Under the pieces are notes generated by a model that ran no database searches, was not told the origin of the DNA, and was given only the letters and a program-made list of their open reading frames with translations. DNA of 64,000 nt from assembly GCA_000806155.1 (NCBI GenBank), contig JWKX01000006.1, positions 4,446 to 68,445 on the forward strand. Reading direction: 5' to 3'. A program made the position numbers and the translations under genes. The stretch's first letter is position 1, and each line of letters starts with the position of its first letter. Origin of the DNA: an archaeon GW2011_AR18. GTDB taxonomy: Archaea; Nanobdellota; Nanobdellia; SCGC-AAA011-G17; GW2011-AR18. Shown here in pieces: positions 39,516 through 49,794 of the stretch.

Positions 39516-40826
39516 CTAATAATCATACCCTACACATTCACTTAATATTGTATTATCTCTTGGGAATCTATGCAATACTTCATCACCTTTAAGGTATGTT
39601 CCTGCAACTTCTATATCTACACCATCAAAAACATCTGTTTTAGTTAAAGCTATAACATTATCATTTCCACCATTAACACCAATAGCATATGCTAATGATA
39701 ATAGATCTAAATGTCCTACATCTCTTGGTCTTCCAGTTACTGTCCCAAATTCTCCAGCTCTTTCTCTTAATATTTTAGCTTTTTCTTCATCTTTTATCTT
39801 TGTAGGGAATGGTCCATGTCCGACTCTTGTCATTAATGCTTTTACTACATTTACTGTTAAATCAATTCTTGGAATTCCTGCATTTGCTGCTATTCCCATT
39901 GCTGTAGCTCTGCTTGAAGTTGTATAGGGTTTTAATCCGTGGACTATATCTAATAATGCTGATTGGTTTCCAGATATTAGTATTCCATCTCCATTATATT
40001 TTGTATCAATAATGAATTCTTTCACATCGTCTATTCTTCCAACTAATCTATCTTTTACACTATTTTTATAATGTTCTGCTATTGCATTAAAGTCAAAACT
40101 GTTTCCTCTTAGACTATATCTAAGATCTATTCCTTTTTTTGTATCTTCATATATTTTTTGTGCAAATCCGCTTAAACTATATCCTATAGTTCTCATTTTC
40201 GGGTTATTTAATCTTGAAATTTTATCATTAAGTATAAGTGTAGGTTCTATTGAAGCTCTTTCTAATCTTTCTGCTAGATCTTCATATCCTATGCCTCCCA
40301 TAGTTACTAAGTCGCTTCTTCTGCTTATTGCCTCTATTCCAGGACCCATTCCTCTTCCTGTAGACCCTATCCCATCTCTTCCTTTTTCACTCTCTCTTGC
40401 TCTATCTAACATTATATCCCAAGGATTTACTATAGAACAATCTCTGTCTATTAATAATACATCATTTTCACTATATGGAAATCCTCTTCTTCTTAGATCA
40501 TCTGATTCTCTTGCTAGAACATCTAAGTCGCACATTAATTGTCCTGTTAATATATGATACCTTTTCCCATCTCTAACTGTTGCTACAGATGATGCTGGCA
40601 ATAATATTGTTGGTGGTATTAATTGTGATCTATGTCTATATCCATCAATTACTGCTGTTGCTCCTGTTCCAGAACCTCCGCTTGATCTTAGGTTTATTCC
40701 ATAAAATTGTGATATCCACAACTCTATTTTTCCTTTTCCCTCATCTCCGAATTGTGCTCCAGCTACTACAACATATTGTTTGTCTTTAAGGAAATCAGGT
40801 CTGGTTTCTAGAATACGATAATTCAT
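39516..40826 (-). CDS. purA: Adenylosuccinate synthetase
   Basis: GAQFGDEGKGK P-loop. GSTGRGMGP. EFGTVTGRPRD. Confidence 0.85.
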   Translation of the reverse strand: MNYRILETRPDFLKDKQYVVVAGAQFGDEGKGKIELWISQFYGINLRSSGGSGTGATAVIDGYRHRSQLIPPTILLPASSVATVRDGKRYHILTGQLMCDLDVLARESDDLRRRGFPYSENDVLLIDRDCSIVNPWDIMLDRARESEKGRDGIGSTGRGMGPGIEAISRRSDLVTMGGIGYEDLAERLERASIEPTLILNDKISRLNNPKMRTIGYSLSGFAQKIYEDTKKGIDLRYSLRGNSFDFNAIAEHYKNSVKDRLVGRIDDVKEFIIDTKYNGDGILISGNQSALLDIVHGLKPYTTSSRATAMGIAANAGIPRIDLTVNVVKALMTRVGHGPFPTKIKDEEKAKILRERAGEFGTVTGRPRDVGHLDLLSLAYAIGVNGGNDNVIALTKTDVFDGVDIEVAGTYLKGDEVLHRFPRDNTILSECVGYDY

Positions 40827-40909
40827 AATACTCTCATTTCGTGTCTTCTTTTTAAGTATTATTATCCTTTAGAATATTAATTCAATTTTTTATATAAAAT
40901 CTTAAATAT

Positions 40910-41560
40910 ATGGCTTATCTTATTACTTGTATGATTGTTATTGATGTAGAGACCACAGGTATTTATTTTCATAAGCACTCTCTTCTTAGTATTGGTGCAG
41001 TTGATCTTCTTAATCCTTCCAATCAGTTCTATATTGAATGTTATATGTGGGATGGAGCTGAAATTTATGATGGTGATGGTAGTGAAGGTCACACTAACGC
41101 TTTGGATATTAATGGTTTCACTTTAGAGCAGATTAATGACATGTCTAAACCTTCAGTTGGTGAGGCTGTTAAAAAATTTATTGAATGGACAGACACATGC
41201 AAAAGTAAAGTTATGTTTGGTCTTAATCCAATGTTTGATCTTAAATTTTTGGAATATTCATGTTTAAGATTTAATATTAAGTGGGATATGGGTTATAGGG
41301 GTGTTGATTTATACACTCTTGTTTTTGCTCACATGATAAATAGGAATATTATGCCAGAGAAAATAACCGGTACTGCCTGTCTTAATTATGTTGGTTTGCC
41401 TCAGGAACCTAAACCTCATAATGCATTAAATGGTGCTAAGTACGAAGCTGAGGCTTTCTCTAGATTATTATATGGTAAAAATCTATTAGATGAATTCAGA
41501 CAATACAATATTCCTGGGTATTTATTAAAATTATCTGAAGAAAAATTAATTCGAGAATGA
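40910..41560 (+). CDS. DEDDh 3'-5' exonuclease (DnaQ-like)
   Basis: Exo I VIDVETTG. Exo III H..NAL..A. Confidence 0.7.
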   Translation: MAYLITCMIVIDVETTGIYFHKHSLLSIGAVDLLNPSNQFYIECYMWDGAEIYDGDGSEGHTNALDINGFTLEQINDMSKPSVGEAVKKFIEWTDTCKSKVMFGLNPMFDLKFLEYSCLRFNIKWDMGYRGVDLYTLVFAHMINRNIMPEKITGTACLNYVGLPQEPKPHNALNGAKYEAEAFSRLLYGKNLLDEFRQYNIPGYLLKLSEEKLIRE

Positions 41561-41670
41561 GTTAATTTCAAGAATTTCTAAATTTAACAATTGATTTCTA
41601 TTAACAAAAACAAAAAATTATTTAAATAAGTTCTGTTGTCATGATGAATCTAGTGAAAAAAAGGTGAAAA

Positions 41671-42012
41671 ATGTATAAAGAAAAGATAAGATGGTATGAT
41701 TCAAGACTTGTGAAGACTTTTGCAACAGTAAGTTTAGCAGCTTCCCTATATCTGATTGCTGATAATAATGGTTACAGTAAAGGATATAATGATGCTATAA
41801 ATGATACTGCCATACAGGTAGGTAATATTCAATATGCAATCAAGGAGTTAAATCTAAGGGTTGATAAGAGGGTAGAGCAGTTACGTGATGAGATTACTAA
41901 GAATGTTGATTCCAGGGTAGACGCTGATAATGATGGTGTACTAAGTGCTTGCGAGATTCATAGTGTTGAATGTATTGATAAGGTTGTAAGGAAGAATTCT
42001 AAAGGTGGTTAG
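41671..42012 (+). CDS. Hypothetical protein
   Basis: ORF of 113 aa. Confidence 0.3.
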   Translation: MYKEKIRWYDSRLVKTFATVSLAASLYLIADNNGYSKGYNDAINDTAIQVGNIQYAIKELNLRVDKRVEQLRDEITKNVDSRVDADNDGVLSACEIHSVECIDKVVRKNSKGG

Positions 42013-42247
42013 ATGTATTTATGCTTATACAGTTGAGAAATTGTACGATAATTATATTGTCTATTTTCCTGATGTTAATGGTTGTGAAGCTATAATCCCT
42101 TCAAAATTTGATATTTTAGGTGTAGCCAGTACAATTTTAGGGGATCATTTAAGTTACTTATTGAAGAGTAATACTCAGATTCCAAATCCTAAATATAAGC
42201 CAAGACCTAAAACTTTAGATAATATTGTTGATATTACATTTGATTAA
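42005..42247 (+). CDS. HicB-like (UPF0150) antitoxin-like protein, orphan
   Basis: YAYTVEKLYDNYIVYFPDVNGCEA matches the HicB N-domain. No HicA is visible. Confidence 0.4.
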   Translation: MVRCIYAYTVEKLYDNYIVYFPDVNGCEAIIPSKFDILGVASTILGDHLSYLLKSNTQIPNPKYKPRPKTLDNIVDITFD

Positions 42248-42898
42248 TTATTTAAAGACCTCTCCTGTCTCTTCGCTCCAGAATAATAGATCTATCTCTT
42301 CAGGTTTTATCTCTATCTCTTTGCAGAACTCTAACATCTTAGATTCTATGTCCATGTAATGTTTTTTTGTTAATGGGTTTGGCACTTCCTCTATTACTCC
42401 ATGTTTCTGTAAATTCTTTAGTATATGTCTATCTAATATTGTTACTACTTCATACATTCCTATGTTTCTCATAAAATGCCCAGACTCTTTTAGTCCCATT
42501 CCATTTACATTCTCTACTAGCCAGTTTCTTAATTTTAGATGATCATTATTGAATTCTTTTATTTTATCTTTTATTTTTATCTCCCCATTTTTTGTGAACA
42601 TCTCTCTTGCCTGCATTAGATATCTTGCTTTATTATTGTTAAACCTGACTCCTATTAAGTAATCTTTTACCTCATTTTCTGTTCCTGTATATAATAATCC
42701 TGTCTTTACTAGGTTTTGTATTGCTGCATCACATAATTTTGCTTTAGATTGTGGTGTTAATAGACAAAAACATAATTCTGCAAATATTCTTTTCTCATCT
42801 TCATCAAATACTTTCTTGAAATAGTCTAATCTTTTTTGTATTATTGGTTTTCTCTCAGAATATCCTTTTTTTAAGTAATCAATCTCTTTTAATTGCAT
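42248..42898 (-). CDS. ogg: N-glycosylase/DNA lyase (archaeal Ogg2-type, HhH-GPD)
   Basis: ELCFCLLTPQSKA...MGLKESGHFMRNIG...ILDRHIL. Confidence 0.75.
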   Translation of the reverse strand: MQLKEIDYLKKGYSERKPIIQKRLDYFKKVFDEDEKRIFAELCFCLLTPQSKAKLCDAAIQNLVKTGLLYTGTENEVKDYLIGVRFNNNKARYLMQAREMFTKNGEIKIKDKIKEFNNDHLKLRNWLVENVNGMGLKESGHFMRNIGMYEVVTILDRHILKNLQKHGVIEEVPNPLTKKHYMDIESKMLEFCKEIEIKPEEIDLLFWSEETGEVFK

Positions 42899-42991
42899 AA
42901 TATAAAGTTCTATATTGGATTTATATAATTTTGGATGCCATTAATAGTGTATATACGTTTCTTTTTTAAACGCTTAAAGCAATTATAGTTT

Positions 42992-43531
42992 ATGGCAACT
43001 AAAAAATCAAGAAGAAATCCTAATACAAGACGTATGAAAAAATCCACTAAATCAAATAGAGGTTTTAAACAAATAGCATTATTCACAATTTTAAGAGATG
43101 ATAATAAAAAATTAAAAGATATTATGGATAATATTCTCAATAATTCAGATGATAGTGAAATAATGAGTGAATCATTTATACAGCTTAAAGAAGAATTAAA
43201 AATTCACTCAAGAGCTGAGGAAGCCTCTGTTTACCAGCCTATGAAAGCTAATGATGATACTCGTTTTCTTAGTATTCATGCACATGAGGAAAACGCTCTA
43301 GTAGATCATCTTATTGCCGAATTAGGGAATATGAATATAGATGACGAATTATGGATGGCTAAGTTCCTGATTCTTAAACAAGAGATAGAACAACATATTG
43401 AACATGAAGAGTCTGAGATTTTTAATAAACTAAAAAATGACTTCTCTATAGAAGAGCTTGATATGATGGCTGAGAATATGATTACATTAAAAAAAGAAGA
43501 AATGGAAAATACTTTTATTGATTCAATTTAA
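42992..43531 (+). CDS. Hemerythrin HHE cation-binding domain protein
   Basis: Repeated H...EE...H...E helices (IHSRAEEASVY, HAHEENALVDH, EQHIEHEESEIF). Confidence 0.5.
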   Translation: MATKKSRRNPNTRRMKKSTKSNRGFKQIALFTILRDDNKKLKDIMDNILNNSDDSEIMSESFIQLKEELKIHSRAEEASVYQPMKANDDTRFLSIHAHEENALVDHLIAELGNMNIDDELWMAKFLILKQEIEQHIEHEESEIFNKLKNDFSIEELDMMAENMITLKKEEMENTFIDSI

Positions 43532-43572
43532 TTTTCCATTAGATTTTTATATTAAGTATGTGAGGTAAATAT

Positions 43573-43851
43573 ATGGTTTACTTATTAGTTAAGCATAAAA
43601 TTAAAGATTATTCTAAGTTTAAGAAAGCTTTTCTTAATAATCTTGATGTTGTTAAAGATAATGGTTCTCAAGGCGGTTATATTATGAGAAATAGTGATGA
43701 TAAGAATGAAGTATTTGTTCTTTTAAGATGGAAAGATATGGATAGTTTTAAGAAATTTTCAGAATCTAAAGATACTAGATTAAAATCTCCTAAAGAGGGT
43801 ACTGTTTCTAATGTCGAAGCCTGGTTTTTTGATGATGTTGAAGAATTCTGA
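43573..43851 (+). CDS. Small ABM/Dabb-like protein
   Basis: 92 aa with the ferredoxin-like ABM pattern. Weak call. Confidence 0.3.
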   Translation: MVYLLVKHKIKDYSKFKKAFLNNLDVVKDNGSQGGYIMRNSDDKNEVFVLLRWKDMDSFKKFSESKDTRLKSPKEGTVSNVEAWFFDDVEEF

Positions 43852-43902
43852 TTTATGTTTTAATTTCTTAAGCTTTAAATATCACAATTATCATATCTTC
43901 TT

Positions 43903-44493
43903 ATGGCTATTAGTAAAAAGGAGATTAAAAGGAAATTATTTCATGTTTTTAATGGTGTTATTACCTCAACTTTAATCTATTTTGATATTTTAAACTGGTT
44001 TATTTTATTATTAATTGTAATATTAGGTATTATTCTATCTTTTATTGCTAAAAATTATCATATTCAACATCTAGCATTTTTCTTAAAACATCTTGATAGG
44101 GATCATGATATTAGGAATTTTCCAGGTAAAGGCGCTATTACTTTTATGTTTGGTTGTTTTATTGCAGTATTATTTTTTAGCAAAGATATAGCTATTGCTT
44201 CTATTTTAATTATGGCTTTTGGTGATGCAGTAAGTTCTATTGTTAGTAAATCTTTTGGTAGGTTGAAGCATCCTCTAAACAGTTTCAAGAAATTAGAAGG
44301 CACTTTATTGGCTATTTTAATATCTTTTTTTATAGCATCTTTTTTCGTCTCTTATGCAGAAGCTTTATTCGCAAGTATTATAGGAATGATTGTAGAAAGT
44401 ATTTATTTCCATAATAAGAACTTTTTTGTTGATGATAATATTTTGATTCCTTTATTTTCTGGATTGACAATTTTTCTATTAAGGCTCATCTAA
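43903..44493 (+). CDS. CTP-dependent polyprenol/dolichol kinase-like membrane protein (CTP_transf_1 family)
   Basis: FGDAVSSIVSKSFGRLKHPLNSFKKLEGTL matches the cytidylyltransferase/dolichol kinase signature. Confidence 0.55.
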   Translation: MAISKKEIKRKLFHVFNGVITSTLIYFDILNWFILLLIVILGIILSFIAKNYHIQHLAFFLKHLDRDHDIRNFPGKGAITFMFGCFIAVLFFSKDIAIASILIMAFGDAVSSIVSKSFGRLKHPLNSFKKLEGTLLAILISFFIASFFVSYAEALFASIIGMIVESIYFHNKNFFVDDNILIPLFSGLTIFLLRLI

Positions 44494-47400
44494 AGCTTGT
44501 TATTGGTCTTGTTATTGGCACATATCTTAAGTGTGGTGGTACTTTGCTTAATTCCTCTTTTTTCTTATACCTATAGTATTCATATGAGATGATTATTATC
44601 AATAATATTATCAATAATAAAAGGCTTAATGTATCTATTACTGGTAATTTAAAGTCTATTGTAGGTACTAACTTTAGTTTTCCACCATTCTTTAATTTAA
44701 TATCCAATTTAGGAACATTTATTCCATATGATGCATTTATGAATGTTAATCCAATCTCTGCAGCTCCCTGTGAGGAGTTTATATTCAAAGCAAATATTCC
44801 TCCTTTATCAGTTACCCTGAAATTTACCTCTCCGTGTGGTGTCTGTATTATTCCCTCTGTTTTTCCAGTATCACTTTCAATAATTTTTAGCGGTGGTTGA
44901 TTATCTATCACAGTAAGTTTGGGTTCTCCTCCTGACCCTCCTGACCCGCCATTATTTGTAGAAGAACCTGTACTTCCTCCTGTTGGTGGTGTTACTGGAA
45001 CTGGACTATTATCTACAGTTCTTATTGGAGTGTTCCCTATATTGTTGGCTTTATCAGTGACATTGATTCCATATTTGAAGAGTATAGTCTCTGTTAGAGG
45101 TTTTGATATTGAAGTATTTGAATGTCTATCATACATTGTATAAACTGTTGAATTTGTTAATCCTGTAAGATTATAGATATTATAGGTTATATTTGCAGTA
45201 TTTGTTTCAATGATATCTAGACCAATTGCAATTATATTATCAACCTCAAGATCAGGTGTAGTTGTCAAGTTGAATGATACAACTGGTGCTGTCCTATCTA
45301 ATGTTATAGTTCTAGTCTCAGTTGTATTTTTGTTATTAGCAAGGTCTATTACTGTGACATTATAATTATATATTCCTTCGGTTAATCCTAAAAAGTTTCC
45401 GTCTGTTAATGTAGTAAAATTGATAGTATTATTTGCTGACGAATTTGTCATATAGAATAATGTACTATTCACAACACCTGTGCCATTCATTAATAAGTAA
45501 GTGCTATTATCAGGATTTGTCTCTATTATTGTAGTATTAATAAATATCCAGTTTCTGTTTACATAGGTATTGTTTATTTCTGTGGGGTATGTAAATATTA
45601 TATTTGGCTGAACACTATCATTTATTGTTGTATATGTTGTAAAGCTCGATACCACAACGCTGAATTTTTTTAAGTCTGCAGTAAAATTCTTCTGACTGCA
45701 CCTGTCATAACGGCAGATTATAAAATTATCATTATCATTAATGTCATACAATGGTATCCCATTATCCCCTGTTACATTATAGAATGTTAATCTTGAAGAC
45801 ATATTTAATTTTGGTATTAATGTAGAGTTTACTTTGACAAAATTAGGGCTTATGTTTATGGCAGCAGATATATTAGTCAGATAAGATAGGTTTGAGAGGA
45901 AGTCTATCCTTGCAATATTTCTTCTCTCTATGCTTAAGTTAAAGCTATTATTTACTTTATATATTGTTAATGAATCATTGAATATATTTTCATATATTAT
46001 TTCTAGATAATAATCGCTTGTATTTATTTTTGTTGTTGACCAATTAAGATTTGTGATATTGAAACTTATATTTGATGATATCCTTATTTCATCTCCTCCT
46101 CTGAATGTGATATTTTCAAAAGTGAATGAGCTATTTGCAAACGGTTTAAATTTGGAATCATTAACAAAATGGCTTGCATTGAATTCAAATGCTTCTATTA
46201 TTGTTGCAATATTATTTCTTATATCTATTGCTATGAATGTTCCAGGTTCTGCCCTTGAATATGAGGTATCACTCTCTCCTCCGCTGACATTTGATTTAAG
46301 AAAATTCATTGTTGTATAATTATAATATACTGCTATTCTTCCCCCTCCACCTCCAGATGAATCTGGGGAATTATCTCTAATATCACCCCCTTTTGCGCTT
46401 AAGTTTCCTGTTCCTGTTAGGTTGTATGTGTATAGAAGTATTGATCCTCCAGAACCTGCACCTCCAGCATCAGCTCCTCCTGCCTTGCTTGGTCCCATTC
46501 CATCAGCAGAAACAACACCATCTAATGTTAATTTGTTTGAAATATTTAAAAAAATAGTTCCTCCTCCAACACCTACACCATTTGCTGGACTGCCACCTGT
46601 TCCACTTCCCAAGTCCTTAGGTTCTAGTGGGTTTCCATAAGTTTTAGCACTTGTGGATCCACCAAGTCCACCATAGCTTGCTCCTGTTCTTCCTGATGAG
46701 TTCCCTATTCCAAATGGTCCAGAATATCCTTTTCCTGTAGAATTAAGCCATGAATTGATATCTAAAGAGAAGTTTCTTATTGTGAAATTTATATTTCCAT
46801 AGACCTTGCTGTTTTCAATGATAAAATCTATTCCATTATTATCTAAATTTATTATGCTAAAATTAAATAAATTATTATTAGTCATTAAAAGATTGCTTGA
46901 TGTATTTATTGTAGCATTTGTTAGTGAGCATTCTGTTTTGAATCCTGATAGGAACTTGCTCATGTTTCCGTTTCCTATCTCTGAAATTGTGACACTATGT
47001 GTATAGTTTGCTCTGCAGTTAAAATATGATTGTCCGTCGAATATGAAGTTGTTGTCAACTCTTATTATATCACTATTATCTAAACTTGTATTTGCTGATA
47101 CGAATGTTATATTGCTATAAATAGCAAGAGTATTACTTTGTCCTGCAACTCCAAGTTTAGAGAAATTGAGTGTTGTATGATTATAATATACTGCTATTCT
47201 TCCCCCTCCTGAATTTCCATTTCTGCTTGGTCCCCCTCTTGCGCTTAAGTTTCCTGTTCCTGTTAAGTTATATGAATATAGAAGTATTGATCCTCCAGAA
47301 CCACCTCCATAATCAACTGCTGCAGCTATACCATTCGCTCCATCTGCAATTAATTGGCTATCTAAAATAATTTTATTTGTTGCATTTATATAAATGGATC

Positions 47401-47827
47401 CACCTCCATTCCCTCCCTTATTTCCACCTGAACTTGATCCTCCACTTCCCAAATCTGTAGGTTTTAATGGATCTCCATATGCTAGACCTAAATATGCACT
47501 AATGTATCCTCCTCTTCCTCCATAACTTCCACCAGAACCTGTATATGTTGCCCCTCCTGTTCCACTTCCTGTAAGTGTACCTCCAGAATATCCTTTTCCT
47601 GTTGCATTTATTACTGAACCATCATTTATTGTTATATTTCTTATTGTGAAGTTTATGTTTGATGTTATTCTCGAATTTATTATTTCTATATCAACACTTG
47701 AATTATCAAAGTTTAATATGCTGAAGTTTAGTAAATTATTATTAGAGATGATTATATTGCTTGATGTATTTATTGTAGCATTTGTTAGTGGACATTCTGT
47801 TTTGAATCCTGATAGGAACTTGCTCAT
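44486..47827 (-). CDS. Very large repetitive surface (glyco)protein, C-terminal part with TM anchor
   Basis: Modules GKGYSG...GGSILLYSYNLTGTGNLSARGG...GGGRIAVYYNHTTLNFS. Many N-x-S/T sequons. C-terminal TM LLLLIILLIIII plus basic tail. Starts at an internal Met of a repeat module. Confidence 0.7.
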   Translation of the reverse strand: MSKFLSGFKTECPLTNATINTSSNIIISNNNLLNFSILNFDNSSVDIEIINSRITSNINFTIRNITINDGSVINATGKGYSGGTLTGSGTGGATYTGSGGSYGGRGGYISAYLGLAYGDPLKPTDLGSGGSSSGGNKGGNGGGSIYINATNKIILDSQLIADGANGIAAAVDYGGGSGGSILLYSYNLTGTGNLSARGGPSRNGNSGGGRIAVYYNHTTLNFSKLGVAGQSNTLAIYSNITFVSANTSLDNSDIIRVDNNFIFDGQSYFNCRANYTHSVTISEIGNGNMSKFLSGFKTECSLTNATINTSSNLLMTNNNLFNFSIINLDNNGIDFIIENSKVYGNINFTIRNFSLDINSWLNSTGKGYSGPFGIGNSSGRTGASYGGLGGSTSAKTYGNPLEPKDLGSGTGGSPANGVGVGGGTIFLNISNKLTLDGVVSADGMGPSKAGGADAGGAGSGGSILLYTYNLTGTGNLSAKGGDIRDNSPDSSGGGGGRIAVYYNYTTMNFLKSNVSGGESDTSYSRAEPGTFIAIDIRNNIATIIEAFEFNASHFVNDSKFKPFANSSFTFENITFRGGDEIRISSNISFNITNLNWSTTKINTSDYYLEIIYENIFNDSLTIYKVNNSFNLSIERRNIARIDFLSNLSYLTNISAAINISPNFVKVNSTLIPKLNMSSRLTFYNVTGDNGIPLYDINDNDNFIICRYDRCSQKNFTADLKKFSVVVSSFTTYTTINDSVQPNIIFTYPTEINNTYVNRNWIFINTTIIETNPDNSTYLLMNGTGVVNSTLFYMTNSSANNTINFTTLTDGNFLGLTEGIYNYNVTVIDLANNKNTTETRTITLDRTAPVVSFNLTTTPDLEVDNIIAIGLDIIETNTANITYNIYNLTGLTNSTVYTMYDRHSNTSISKPLTETILFKYGINVTDKANNIGNTPIRTVDNSPVPVTPPTGGSTGSSTNNGGSGGSGGEPKLTVIDNQPPLKIIESDTGKTEGIIQTPHGEVNFRVTDKGGIFALNINSSQGAAEIGLTFINASYGINVPKLDIKLKNGGKLKLVPTIDFKLPVIDTLSLLLLIILLIIIISYEYYRYKKKEELSKVPPHLRYVPITRPITSFR

Positions 47828-49350
47828 GTTTCCGTTTCCTATATCTGAAATTGTGAACTGCCTTGTAAGATTTGATTTACAGTATATGTATGATTGTCCG
47901 TCGAATATGAAGTTGTTGTCAACTCTTATTATATCACTATTATCTAAACTTGTATTTGCTGATACGAATGTTATATTGCTATAAATATGTTTTTGTTCCT
48001 TCAGCAGTTGATCTTGAGAAATTGAGTGTTGTATGATTATAATATACTGCTATTCTTCCACCACTAGATACAATATTAAATCCTGGTCCTCCAATGGCTG
48101 ATATGTTTCCTGTTCCTGTTAAGTTATATGAATATAGAAGTATTGATCCTCCAGAACCCCCTCCAGACCCTCCTAATCCTCCAAAAGATTCTGTTCCATC
48201 GCTTTTAAGCATTCCATTAAGTATTAAATTATTTGTTGCATTTATATAAATGAATCCTCCTCCTGTTCCCCCTCTTGTTGATCCAGATCCAGATCCTCCG
48301 CTTCCCAAAGCTGTAGGTTTTAATGGATTGCCATAAACATTTATATCGTTTGTATGTGTAGCTGACATTCCTCTTCCACCATAGCTTGCTCCTGTTCCCC
48401 CTCTTATCGGTCCTCCTGGACCCAATCCGCTTGCTATACCCCCAGAATATCCTTTCCCAGAAGAGTTGATCCATGATAGTGTATCTATTGTTATATTTCT
48501 TATTGTGAAGTTTATGTTTGATGTTATTCTCGAATTTATTATTTCTATATCAACACTTGAATTATCAAAGTTTAATATGCTGAAATTTAGTAAGTTATTA
48601 TTAGAGATGATTATATTGCTAGAAGTATTTATCGTAACATTTGTCATTCCACACTCATTCTTAAAATTAGATAGGTAAGAACTTATATTTCCTGTTTCTA
48701 TCTCAGATACTGTAATCTGTTTGCTTATGTTTGTTCTACAGTTAAAATATGATTGTCCATCAAAGTAAAACCTATTATCTATTTTTATTATGTCATTGTT
48801 ATCTATTGTTGTGTTTGCTGATACGAATGTTATATTGCTGAATGAACTCAATGTTACACTGCTGTTCCAGTTCCATGCATATATTGTAGCATTATTATAT
48901 ATCTGATTGACAGCAATAAAAGTTCCTGTGCTTCCTTGGAATCCTGCATCATCTTTGGAACCTTCAGCAGTTGATCTTGAGAAATTGAGTGTTGTATGAT
49001 TATAATATACTGCTATTCTTCCACCACCACCTCCGCCGCCGCTGCTTGATGCACTTTTACCCCCTCTTGCGCTTAAGTTTCCTGTTCCTGTTAAGTTATA
49101 TGTGTATAGAAGTATTGATCCTCCAGAACCTGCTCCTAGATTACTGCCGGATATTGTATTATTTCCATTTGCTATTACAGCACCATTTAATATGAAGTTT
49201 TGTGTTACATTTATTAATATTGAACCACCGCCTCCAGCACCGCTTGTTGTTCCAGATCCAGATCCCCCGCTTCCTAGGTCTGTTGGTCTTAATGGATCTC
49301 CATATACATTTCCTATATTCGTTTCCTGAGCTGCACCACCTCTTCCTCCA
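46300..49350. repeat. Near-identical tandem repeats of about 830 bp within the surface-protein gene(s)
   Basis: Antisense shadow ORFs at 46806, 47646 and 48466 share identical peptides. 46960-47215, 47821-48060 and 48835-49060 are almost identical. Confidence 0.6.
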
Positions 49351-49706
49351 TAACTTCCACCAGCACGCCTGCTTATTCCTGCTCCAGGTCCAGTTGCTGT
49401 ACTAGAACTTCCTATATAACCAAATCCTGTAGCATTAATTTCTCCTCCATATTCTACTGAGAGGTTTCCAAGTGTAATGTTTATTGATGATATTATTGCA
49501 CCATTCTGCACTAATAATTTTCCCCCAGATTTTATTGTAATATTATAACACACAGTATTTCCTGTAATTATCTGTCTGTCTGTAATAACCCATATTCCAT
49601 CTGTTGTATCTCCAGGACAACTGGGAAAATCTGCACTCACATTTTTTTGTAGAAGTAAAAATAGGATTATTACACTAACTATGATCATGTACTCTTTTTT
49701 TAACAT
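47979..49706 (-). CDS. Repetitive surface protein, N-terminal part with signal peptide (probably the same gene as 44486-47827, disrupted)
   Basis: Signal MLKKEYMIIVSVIILFLLLQKNVSA. Same module family. Ends STAEGTKTYL* at a repeat junction lacking about 100 nt present in sister repeats. Confidence 0.7.
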   Translation of the reverse strand: MLKKEYMIIVSVIILFLLLQKNVSADFPSCPGDTTDGIWVITDRQIITGNTVCYNITIKSGGKLLVQNGAIISSINITLGNLSVEYGGEINATGFGYIGSSSTATGPGAGISRRAGGSYGGRGGAAQETNIGNVYGDPLRPTDLGSGGSGSGTTSGAGGGGSILINVTQNFILNGAVIANGNNTISGSNLGAGSGGSILLYTYNLTGTGNLSARGGKSASSSGGGGGGGRIAVYYNHTTLNFSRSTAEGSKDDAGFQGSTGTFIAVNQIYNNATIYAWNWNSSVTLSSFSNITFVSANTTIDNNDIIKIDNRFYFDGQSYFNCRTNISKQITVSEIETGNISSYLSNFKNECGMTNVTINTSSNIIISNNNLLNFSILNFDNSSVDIEIINSRITSNINFTIRNITIDTLSWINSSGKGYSGGIASGLGPGGPIRGGTGASYGGRGMSATHTNDINVYGNPLKPTALGSGGSGSGSTRGGTGGGFIYINATNNLILNGMLKSDGTESFGGLGGSGGGSGGSILLYSYNLTGTGNISAIGGPGFNIVSSGGRIAVYYNHTTLNFSRSTAEGTKTYL

Positions 49707-49794
49707 TTTCTCAAGTTTATAGTATTTTTTTATATTAAAAATCTATCTATTTTTTTCCATAAATATTTATTAATAGTCTATATAAAATTAAATC

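Noticed and set aside
46300-49350. Possible CRISPR-like repeat array
   Set aside because: Repeats are about 830 bp, protein-coding and in frame. There are no short direct repeats with unique spacers. No CRISPR array is present in the window.
44589-49405. Many 60-140-aa ORFs on the + strand inside the surface-protein genes (e.g. 46806, 47646, 48466)
   Set aside because: They are shadow ORFs antisense to the large repeat gene. Their mutual identity simply reflects the DNA tandem repeats.
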